Virus record (IMG/VR): IMGVR_UViG_3300042691_008788
Coordinates: 32,001 to 96,000 of that record
Source of the DNA: a virus
Reading direction: 5' to 3' (one strand)
DNA: 64,000 nt
In this document: piece after piece, positions 9,075 to 15,771 of the stretch
Numbering within the stretch: the first letter of the stretch is position 1
How the letters are laid out: each line of letters opens with the position of its first letter
Translations under genes and position numbers: made by a program
The notes under the pieces: generated by a model
What the model was told of the DNA's origin: nothing
What the model saw: only the letters and a program-made list of their open reading frames with translations
Databases searched by the model: none

Positions 9075-9945
9075 CGAGTTTGGATCTAATCTCCTTGACG
9101 ATCTTCTGAGTCGATGCCTTCTGAACCTTACGAGCAATACCATCATCACCGAAGATCTTGTTCTTGACCTCTTCGGGAACCTCGGTCTTGATGCTCTCAA
9201 GCAACTGCACATTGTCGGCAACTGCTTCCTCTGTCTTCTTGGAGCGGAAGATGAGATATCCAACTGAGCCAGCGGATACAAGGAATCCTATGATGAAGAC
9301 CACAAGACCAACGGTTGCGATCTCCTGATAGTAGTATTGATTTGCGGCAGCAAGACCAACAGATACGAATCCAGCGCATAGAATCATACCACCGATTATT
9401 CTGTGGAAGTATGCGACGATCATGCCAGCGACGATCATGGCAAAGCCAACCATCCAGAAGATGCGAACGATCTTCTGAATCTCTGCTGTGGAAGCAGCCA
9501 CAAGATCATCGTATTTCTTCTTCCAATCGCTGTTGGTTTTTTCAAGTTCTTGGATCTGATTAAGCAATGGCTGAGTCTTCTCTGCCACTATCTCTTGCTT
9601 GACCATCTCTGTTTCTTTCTGTATTGAGATGGTTGCATTCTCGACCTTGTTGCTCTCGACAACGATCTTAGATGCCTCTTCGGTTATCTTTGGATCATCC
9701 GTGCTGTCCTTGATGATCGTTGCTGATTCACTTATAGCAACCGCAGATTGCTTGATTTGCTCTGTTTCGGCAGCAATGTTCTCAGTAGCAGTCTCAACCT
9801 TCTCAATGTTTTGATACACGGTTGTTGCAACTGGTGTGGTTGGCTTCTCTATCTTTGGTGTAGATGGTGTAGATGTACACTTGACACCCATCATCATGAC
9901 TCCAAGTGTAAATATCGCGGCCACTCGCATCATCATGTTGTTCAT
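9067..9945 (-). CDS. Membrane protein: signal/lipobox-like N-terminus, coiled coil, ~3 TM helices
   Basis: Hydrophobic N-terminus ending GVKC; heptad-rich middle; IFWMVGFAMIVAGMIVAYF, IIGGMILCAGFVSVGLAAA, IATVGLVVFIIGFLVSAGSVGYLIF. Confidence 0.75.
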   Translation of the reverse strand: MNNMMMRVAAIFTLGVMMMGVKCTSTPSTPKIEKPTTPVATTVYQNIEKVETATENIAAETEQIKQSAVAISESATIIKDSTDDPKITEEASKIVVESNKVENATISIQKETEMVKQEIVAEKTQPLLNQIQELEKTNSDWKKKYDDLVAASTAEIQKIVRIFWMVGFAMIVAGMIVAYFHRIIGGMILCAGFVSVGLAAANQYYYQEIATVGLVVFIIGFLVSAGSVGYLIFRSKKTEEAVADNVQLLESIKTEVPEEVKNKIFGDDGIARKVQKASTQKIVKEIRSKLVK

Positions 9946-9946
9946 A

Positions 9947-10966
9947 TCATCGCACCATCGACTTTCTTTTCTTCAAAGACTTTGCTCTCTTGCGGTTTGC
10001 TGCTGCTCTCTTCTTCTTGGACTTGCGAGCAGACTTCTTTGCTTGTCTTGACCTCTTGGCTTTCTCAGCCCCACCCATCTTGATGCAAGCCTTGCCACCA
10101 CGCTTTGCCAACTTCTGTCCCTCTGGACACTTGAAGACGATGCGCTTCTTTCCACCACGAATGACGATCTTGCGCTTTGCACCCTCGGCAAGCATCTCAA
10201 GTTCCTCGACGGGAATCAAATCAACTACCTGATCCATGGTGATGTCATCAACGCCATGAATGATGTAGTGTGTCTCCGTGAGCGAGGTGTTCGTGATGTC
10301 GAGTGACAACTTCATCTCATTCACTGGTTCGGACTGCTGTCCCTTGGCGAACCTTGGATTCTCAAAGTTTTTCTTGGGGAATCCCTTCGGACCCTGACGA
10401 ACCAACTTGACCTGTGTGGCATTCTTACCCTTGCCAAGCGTGGATACGAGTCCCTCATGCTCCTCGCCATCATGTGTCTTTATGTCGAACTGATGCTCAT
10501 GCCCACGGAACTCATCAAGCATGTGGTGAGTTGCCTGAGCGATGTGATGGTGTGCCTTGAACAATGCCTTGAAGTGGTGGACATTGTCATCGATGTCCTT
10601 GTGCAGTTCACCGAGTTTCTTTGCCCTACCCTTCTCGCTCTTTGTGGTTCTGTCAACCCACTTCTTTGCATGAGCCTTCAACCCTTCGACGCTGCGGAGT
10701 CCCGTTGTCCTTGCTGCGGTGTTGGAGTAGTTCCTCACCATGTCATGCATCTGCGAGTGAACACCTTCTCCACTTGCAAGCCTACGGGAGAACTCATGCA
10801 CTTCTGGAGTCAGGTGCTTCTGTGCGGCGGCAAGATGCTTGGTGATCTGCCTGTCGCGATTCGCTGCAAGGGACAACTTGATCTTCTTGTTGATGGCAAG
10901 ATCGGGAGCATGGACTCCTTCACCCTGTATCTGACTCACATCTGGATGGCTTGAGACTTTCTTCAT
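9947..10966 (-). CDS. C-terminal half of a DUF6267-like (ligase/nucleotidyltransferase-like) protein fused to a gp68-like basic prohead-core domain
   Basis: HEGLV...VKLVRQ..F.K.NF motifs; after LAE|G: KRKIVIRGGKK..KCPEG...KRAKSLKKRKSM, like T4 gp68-family proteins. Confidence 0.6.
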   Translation of the reverse strand: MKKVSSHPDVSQIQGEGVHAPDLAINKKIKLSLAANRDRQITKHLAAAQKHLTPEVHEFSRRLASGEGVHSQMHDMVRNYSNTAARTTGLRSVEGLKAHAKKWVDRTTKSEKGRAKKLGELHKDIDDNVHHFKALFKAHHHIAQATHHMLDEFRGHEHQFDIKTHDGEEHEGLVSTLGKGKNATQVKLVRQGPKGFPKKNFENPRFAKGQQSEPVNEMKLSLDITNTSLTETHYIIHGVDDITMDQVVDLIPVEELEMLAEGAKRKIVIRGGKKRIVFKCPEGQKLAKRGGKACIKMGGAEKAKRSRQAKKSARKSKKKRAAANRKRAKSLKKRKSMVR

Positions 10967-11721
10967 GCCTTTGTTCCTGTCTTGGGAAGTTTATACTGCG
11001 AGTGAGCGGCAATGGTCAATGTCGCACCAGGCTTTGTCTTGTAGGTGATCGTATTTGGCTTTGCTGTTTCCGATTTGGTATCGGTATGATGGACGAGATC
11101 AGCCTGAAATGCATGACCAGGCTCGATGTTCATCTTCTTGACATGACGCAGAGCGGGTATGAGGTCACGGACATAGTGTTCCTTGCCTGTCTTATGAATG
11201 TCTTCCTCGCTTGTGAAGGTGGCATCCTCATTGCCGTGCTTGGAGCGGACAAAATGAGTTCCATCATGATGGCGACCTATCACGATGCTGTGACCGCCAT
11301 CGACCTTGAGGGATGGTTGATGTCCCTTGGTGATCTTGCCCTTGAACCTCTGATGCATGGCAGTCATGTGCTTCATGGCAACCGATGGATCACCATGGTA
11401 GAGATAGTCCGCGACATGTTCAAGATGTCCCGTGGTGGCTTTCTTGCTCCTCTTGAGTGCCATCTCCATGAGATCGGACTTTTGCTTTGGCTTCCTGCGC
11501 CAGATGCCTCTACCAAACTCTCTTTGCTTGTACTTGGGGGAGACAGGCTCGCCATCCGAAACCATGGCAAGACCAGGAGCAGAGGCCGTGTTTGCAACCT
11601 CTTCATCAAAGAACATCTCAAGGATATCCATCTTGTCTTGGTCGAGCATTGCCTCTGCAACAAGAAGCCGTGCCTCGGCTTCGATGCTCTCAACAAGGAA
11701 TCTTTCGTAACTCTTGCTCAT
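10963..11721 (-). CDS. N-terminal half of a DUF6267-like protein with a capsid-targeting-like leader
   Basis: MSKSYERFLVE start; GHLEHVAD, LKVDGG.SIVIG, FQADL, PNTITY motifs. Confidence 0.6.
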   Translation of the reverse strand: MSKSYERFLVESIEAEARLLVAEAMLDQDKMDILEMFFDEEVANTASAPGLAMVSDGEPVSPKYKQREFGRGIWRRKPKQKSDLMEMALKRSKKATTGHLEHVADYLYHGDPSVAMKHMTAMHQRFKGKITKGHQPSLKVDGGHSIVIGRHHDGTHFVRSKHGNEDATFTSEEDIHKTGKEHYVRDLIPALRHVKKMNIEPGHAFQADLVHHTDTKSETAKPNTITYKTKPGATLTIAAHSQYKLPKTGTKA

Positions 11722-12095
11722 ATTTTCCTCAGTTCCTCCAGCAGTCCCTGTTCCATGGGAATGGCCGCTAGATCTGCTTCTGGTATCTCAAGGTGAAGAA
11801 CATTCAGAAAATATAGAAATGTCTTCAATCTCGGGTAAAACTTCTCTTCCATTCTGTAGAAGAGTATTCTATTTCCCTCTTCTATTCCAAACACATTCGT
11901 CATTATGATGAGATGATTCAGTATCAACCTGTTTCTCTGTCCAAGATCGCCATCTTCACGATTCATCAGCCTCTTTATGTACTTGATCCTGTCTAAATCC
12001 TCATAGAACTCCTCAAGGGAGCCGCATTGAGGATTGTCATAATGTTGAAGGGCGAAGGACAGGAAGTCCTCATCACAAAGAGGCTTTTCACACAT
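11718..12095 (-). CDS. Conserved T4-like phage hypothetical protein
   Basis: FALQHYDNPQC..EEFYEDL.RIKYIKRL..RLILNHLII..NVFG signature common in large T4-like phages. Confidence 0.8.
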   Translation of the reverse strand: MCEKPLCDEDFLSFALQHYDNPQCGSLEEFYEDLDRIKYIKRLMNREDGDLGQRNRLILNHLIIMTNVFGIEEGNRILFYRMEEKFYPRLKTFLYFLNVLHLEIPEADLAAIPMEQGLLEELRKI

Positions 12096-12101
12096 GATGG
12101 A

Positions 12102-12617
12102 TTAGTCGTGCTTGCCTTTTGAAGATGCCATATAAAGTTCGGCATCGATCATGTAGAGTCCACCAGGAACCATCGATGTCTTGATCTTCAACTTGCCGTG
12201 CATACGAGAGCGGAGGAAGATCTCGTCATCGATGTACTGATCACCAGTGACTGGATGATCGCTTGTCTTTCTTCCATACTGATACACATTGTATGTTCCG
12301 TCTCTTCCATTCAACATGAAGTTTTCGTCTCCGTCATCGACATGAAGACCGATTGTCTGCAACTGAAGAAAGAGGCGATTCAATCTGTCGCTTGGATCAA
12401 GATGGGTACCAGATACGAATCTCTTGATGAATGCATTGATGACTTGCATATTCTCTGGCTTCTCGACATAGAACAAGGCGCGGTCATCGATAGCAGACCT
12501 GTGGTTTGTGTTGTATGTGGACTCAAGAAGAGCCTCAATAAGGGTCTGATTGCGACTCTTGTCCAAGGTATTTGATGCTACATCTGCCAACGAGTCTCTG
12601 CGCGTGAATGGGTTCAT
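12102..12617 (-). CDS. Hypothetical protein (start MNPFTRRD)
   Basis: GGAG RBS before ATG 12617; TATACATA motif at 12643-12650; LLE|S junction. Confidence 0.7.
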   Translation of the reverse strand: MNPFTRRDSLADVASNTLDKSRNQTLIEALLESTYNTNHRSAIDDRALFYVEKPENMQVINAFIKRFVSGTHLDPSDRLNRLFLQLQTIGLHVDDGDENFMLNGRDGTYNVYQYGRKTSDHPVTGDQYIDDEIFLRSRMHGKLKIKTSMVPGGLYMIDAELYMASSKGKHD

Positions 12618-12650
12618 TTGAATCTCCGTGAATTTATAAAAATATGTATA

Positions 12651-12679
12651 AAAGAAAACGGTGGCATTGCTGCCACCGT
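12651..12679 (-). terminator. Rho-independent terminator
   Basis: ACGGTGGCA-gcaa-TGCCACCGT followed by TTTCTTTT on the minus strand. Confidence 0.85.
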
Positions 12680-12708
12680 ATCCCTGATCCTTGCTTGTGG
12701 TCAGTTGT

Positions 12709-12822
12709 TCACTTGTTCCAAGGAAGTTTGGTCGAAACCCACTTCCAGAGTGGCGCACCGATGAGCGCACCAGCAACGAACATTAGAACACTCCACCAAG
12801 CCGTACCTAGAAAATCTGCCAT
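12709..12822 (-). CDS. 37-aa single-TM membrane peptide (absent from ORF track)
   Basis: AAAGGAGA RBS; MADFLGTAWWSVLMFVAGALIGAPLWKWVSTKLPWNK-TGA; own terminator. Confidence 0.8.
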   Translation of the reverse strand: MADFLGTAWWSVLMFVAGALIGAPLWKWVSTKLPWNK

Positions 12823-12926
12823 TTGTTTCTCCTTTGTAAATAGAAACCCTATACATCTATATATGGTTGGATTTCGGGATTTCCTAAATCGACCCCATGC
12901 TAAATATGATTAGGAGGAATCTCTAT

Positions 12927-13151
12927 ATGAATATGCAGTACACAGAATCATTCAATATCCCAACTGGAGGATGGACAGGCGGGGCAAGTGGTATTCTAAA
13001 TGGAACAACCGCTGGCATCACCGCAGACATTCGTCTATGGCGCGACAATTCCGCCACAGCAGCAAGACGAGTCAGCCTTGCACCAGGCGAGATTCTACCA
13101 GTAAAGGTTCGCTATGTCAATCACAACTCGACGGTGACTGGATTCAACTGA
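12927..13151 (+). CDS. Small hypothetical (possibly virion) protein
   Basis: CTAAATA at 12900; AGGAGG RBS; MNMQYTESF...ILPVKVRYV. Confidence 0.7.
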   Translation: MNMQYTESFNIPTGGWTGGASGILNGTTAGITADIRLWRDNSATAARRVSLAPGEILPVKVRYVNHNSTVTGFN

Positions 13152-13798
13152 TACCACTGCTTGTACAACTGAATCGCTCTAAGAAGCCCAGGGACACCCT
13201 CCGTGGGCTTCTTTATAAATTCTTGTAGAGTTCCTGTCTCACAGGCAATCAGGATCACAACCTGTTCGATCTTGCGTCCCGTGAGTTCCTGAAACATCAA
13301 GGAATATGCCGTGGCTTGCTGAAAGTAGTTCTTGATCCCACTCTCGTACTTCTCGCGAGTGGAACCCTTGAAGTCAACCACTGATAGTTTCCCATCGTAG
13401 TCGCAGATGCAGTCCACTCGACCCGCAAGACCCACGCTCTCACTCCACATGTGCTGTTCAAGTGCATAGACATTGTCGATCTTGGATTCAACATGGCTCT
13501 TGAGCATTTCATAGAGTTCATTAACAGCAGAATGTTCGCAAAGAGCAACATCCTCGTTCTTGAGGAGATGTTCCATCATTGAGTGAATGAGGTTTCCGCG
13601 ATCAACAACTCTCTGTGCCTCGCGTGGATTCGATCTTTTCCATATCTCAATTCCGTCCTTGCCTTCGAATCCCGTGACCGTGGTGACGGATGGTAGATGC
13701 TTTCCCGATGGCGTAATGTAGACTCTTCCGTTCTTTGTTTCAAGAACTTTTAGTTCGGGGAGGTTGAGTTGGATTGGTTGGTAGTTATATTGCTTCAA
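13121..13798 (-). CDS. PD-(D/E)xK exonuclease (Cas4/RecB-like) of T4-like phages
   Basis: PSVTTV, RGNLIH, AGRVDC, VVDFKGS, YFQQATAY. Confidence 0.9.
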   Translation of the reverse strand: MKQYNYQPIQLNLPELKVLETKNGRVYITPSGKHLPSVTTVTGFEGKDGIEIWKRSNPREAQRVVDRGNLIHSMMEHLLKNEDVALCEHSAVNELYEMLKSHVESKIDNVYALEQHMWSESVGLAGRVDCICDYDGKLSVVDFKGSTREKYESGIKNYFQQATAYSLMFQELTGRKIEQVVILIACETGTLQEFIKKPTEGVPGLLRAIQLYKQWYQLNPVTVEL

Positions 13799-14101
13799 TC
13801 ATTTGTCCATTTCACATGGAGGAGTAGGAAAGTCTCTGCTCCTCTTTGATATATCCATCATCTGACCTGGTGTACGAACCTTGGTCTTCTTATCTACATC
13901 CTTCTTCTCGGAAAGCACTTCCTTGAAGTGGGCCACAGTCTCACTAACGGACATGTTATTGTAACGCGCTTCTCTTATGATGTCAACATAGTTCTGATTA
14001 GAAACTATTGCTTGCCACGGAAGATTCATTCTATCGGCACAACGACGAGCAAACGAGTAATCAGACTCATGCTTCTCTGTCAGTTTCTTCTTTCGTGCCA
14101 T
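13799..14101 (-). CDS. Hypothetical protein
   Basis: ORF contiguous with neighbours. Confidence 0.65.
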   Translation of the reverse strand: MARKKKLTEKHESDYSFARRCADRMNLPWQAIVSNQNYVDIIREARYNNMSVSETVAHFKEVLSEKKDVDKKTKVRTPGQMMDISKRSRDFPTPPCEMDK

Positions 14102-14270
14102 TTGATTTCTTCCTTTTTGGCATCTTTGGATTTAACAAAGATTTTTTATCTTTCTCCGTCAACCCAAAGAATCCGATATCCATGAGCAACTTGATTCTTT
14201 CTTTCTTCAACTGATCGTCAGAAGCAAGTATGGTCTTCAATGATTCAATGAGTTGCTTGTCTTTCTTCAT
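14067..14270 (-). CDS. Small hypothetical protein (start MKKDKQ)
   Basis: CTAAATA (minus, 14276-14282) immediately upstream; the longer ORF-track version runs through an RNA structure and a terminator. Confidence 0.55.
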   Translation of the reverse strand: MKKDKQLIESLKTILASDDQLKKERIKLLMDIGFFGLTEKDKKSLLNPKMPKRKKSNGTKEETDREA

Positions 14271-14302
14271 GCCAGTATTTAGGGTAAGAGATCTTTGTGG
14301 AT

Positions 14303-14337
14303 AAAAAAACTGCCTCTTGCGTTTAGACAAGAGGCAG
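14303..14337 (-). terminator. Rho-independent terminator
   Basis: CTGCCTCTTG-tctaaacg-CAAGAGGCAG-TTTTTTT. Confidence 0.9.
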
Positions 14338-14448
14338 CGGTAGCGAAGTTCCTTGTTCGGGTGAGTTACCTCCCGACGCGCAGTGAATAGCGTAACGACG
14401 CTTGCACTGTCCCCACGCCGACTCAGTGAGAAGACTGGGGCGAACACC
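14303..14448 (-). ncRNA. Candidate structured non-coding RNA downstream of gene 32
   Basis: GC-rich; three hairpins plus a possible closing helix; TATACATA motif just upstream and a terminator at the 3' end. Confidence 0.6.
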
Positions 14449-14462
14449 AATATGTATAAAAA

Positions 14463-15404
14463 TCACTCGTTTGCGAGTCGCTTGAAGTAGTCAAGAGCAT
14501 CATCATCCTCATCGGAATCCTCTGTCTTGCTCTTTGGCTTTGCTTCCCGACCAGGTGACTTCGCTTCAGCCGCAGGGAACTTCGGGGTGAACTTCTTCTG
14601 AGGAGTTTCCTCTTCATCCTCCGAAAGATCCATGTTCTCTGCCTTTGCAGTAGATGAACCATTGATGACAGATTGGAACTTTGTCTTTAGTTCACCATAC
14701 TGCTTGAACTGATCTGGCTTGACAAAGTCCTGTAGCGGGTACTCCTTGCGCCACAGAGCCTCAAGAGCCTTCTCATCGCCCTCAAGGAGAGGAGATGCAG
14801 CAGAGAACTCGGACTTGTCATAGTTGCGATATCCATCAACATTGCGAATCTTGATCTTGAAATTCGCACCCTGCCAGAAGTCGAATGGATTCACGGGATC
14901 CTCGTCCTTGTACTGCGGATTCATCTTGTCGTTGATCTTATCAAAGATCTTCTTGCCATAGCGATAGAGGAAGATCTTTCCGTTGTTGGACGGATTCACA
15001 GGGTCATCAATGACGAGAATGTTGCTGATGTATGACAACTTCCGCTTGCGGTCACGGGCGATGTTCTTGTCATCATCATTGCCACTGTTCCAAAGTTCGT
15101 TATTGGCTTCGCAGACAGGACACTTCTGTCCGATGGTGGTGGGACAATTCTCAATGTACCAACCCCCCTTTGACTGAAAGCCGTGGCTGAAGACACGAAC
15201 CCAAGGAAGATCTTCGCTTGGGGGAGCAGGAAGGAAGCGGATCACCGCATAGCCATTTCCCGTCTTGTCCACTTCTGGTTGCCACATGCGGTCATCCTTG
15301 TAGGAGTTCTCACCCCCACCCTTCGTGACCTTCTCAAGTTCCTTTGCAAGCAGATTGCTTGCATTCTTGGAATTCTTCTTCATACTTGCGAAATCGTTTG
15401 CCAT
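14463..15404 (-). CDS. 32: Single-stranded DNA-binding protein gp32
   Basis: DDRMWQP.VDKTGNGYAVIRFLPAP, WYIENCPTT.G..CPVCE, NPFDFWQGANFK.KIR, acidic tail DALDYFKRLANE. Confidence 0.97.
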   Translation of the reverse strand: MANDFASMKKNSKNASNLLAKELEKVTKGGGENSYKDDRMWQPEVDKTGNGYAVIRFLPAPPSEDLPWVRVFSHGFQSKGGWYIENCPTTIGQKCPVCEANNELWNSGNDDDKNIARDRKRKLSYISNILVIDDPVNPSNNGKIFLYRYGKKIFDKINDKMNPQYKDEDPVNPFDFWQGANFKIKIRNVDGYRNYDKSEFSAASPLLEGDEKALEALWRKEYPLQDFVKPDQFKQYGELKTKFQSVINGSSTAKAENMDLSEDEEETPQKKFTPKFPAAEAKSPGREAKPKSKTEDSDEDDDALDYFKRLANE

Positions 15405-15450
15405 GTATTTCTCCTTGTGCTAGGTGTACTGAGTATCTGACTATGTGCTG

Positions 15451-15478
15451 AGTATACAGCGTGTACGGCGTGTGTCAA
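15451..15478 (-). promoter_or_regulatory. sigma70-like promoter of gene 32
   Basis: TTGACA-N16-TATACT; the -35 box contains the TGA stop of gene 33. Confidence 0.75.
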
Positions 15479-15690
15479 GCAAAAGGCAATGATTTCTTCC
15501 GCGGTAGAAGATTGATTTGCCTTGCCTCGTTCTCAATGTTTTCGATGATAGGTTTGGAAAGATGCTTTGCAACAAGCGAAGCATCTACCGAATGTTCCTC
15601 ACAGACCTCAAGGACAGCCTCCATATAGGAGATTTTCCTATTAGAAACCATGCGTTCAATGAGAGTGGATATCTGTGTGGGGTCTATCAT
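15475..15690 (-). CDS. 33: Late-transcription coactivator gp33
   Basis: IERMV....SYMEAVLEVCEE...LSKPIIE.IE.EA...NLLP; adjacent to gene 32 as in T4-like phages. Confidence 0.85.
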   Translation of the reverse strand: MIDPTQISTLIERMVSNRKISYMEAVLEVCEEHSVDASLVAKHLSKPIIENIENEARQINLLPRKKSLPFA

Positions 15691-15697
15691 GGTGAAG

Positions 15698-15724
15698 ATT
15701 GTACCTTATGTATGGTGCTGTCAA
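15698..15724 (-). promoter_or_regulatory. sigma70-like promoter, probably leaderless gp33 mRNA
   Basis: TTGACA-N15-TACAAT, 7 nt before the ATG, no SD. Confidence 0.55.
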
Positions 15725-15728
15725 GGAG

Positions 15729-15736
15729 TATAAATA
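15729..15736 (+). promoter_or_regulatory. T4 consensus late promoter TATAAATA
   Basis: Exact consensus upstream of structural gene 15772. Confidence 0.8.
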
Positions 15737-15771
15737 AGAAAGACAAATAGAATCAAAAAGGAACCCAAAAC

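Noticed and set aside
10951-11796. 281-aa plus-strand ORF and similar long antisense ORFs (34267-34962, 53437-54240)
   Set aside because: Shadows of real minus-strand genes or collagen repeats; no RBS or recognisable motifs
12863-12897. Imperfect inverted repeat in the divergent intergenic region
   Set aside because: Several mismatches, no U-tract and no second copy; not distinguishable from chance
13121-13798. Cas4-like gene as a sign of CRISPR
   Set aside because: Standard T4-like exonuclease; no repeat-spacer array or other cas genes seen
14340-14448. tRNA or hammerhead/HDV ribozyme
   Set aside because: No T-loop/anticodon geometry or CCA end; no CUGAnGA/GAAA core or nested double pseudoknot recognisable
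14067-14450. 127-aa ORF-track protein
   Set aside because: Its 5' half crosses the structured RNA and a strong terminator; the real start is more likely ATG 14270
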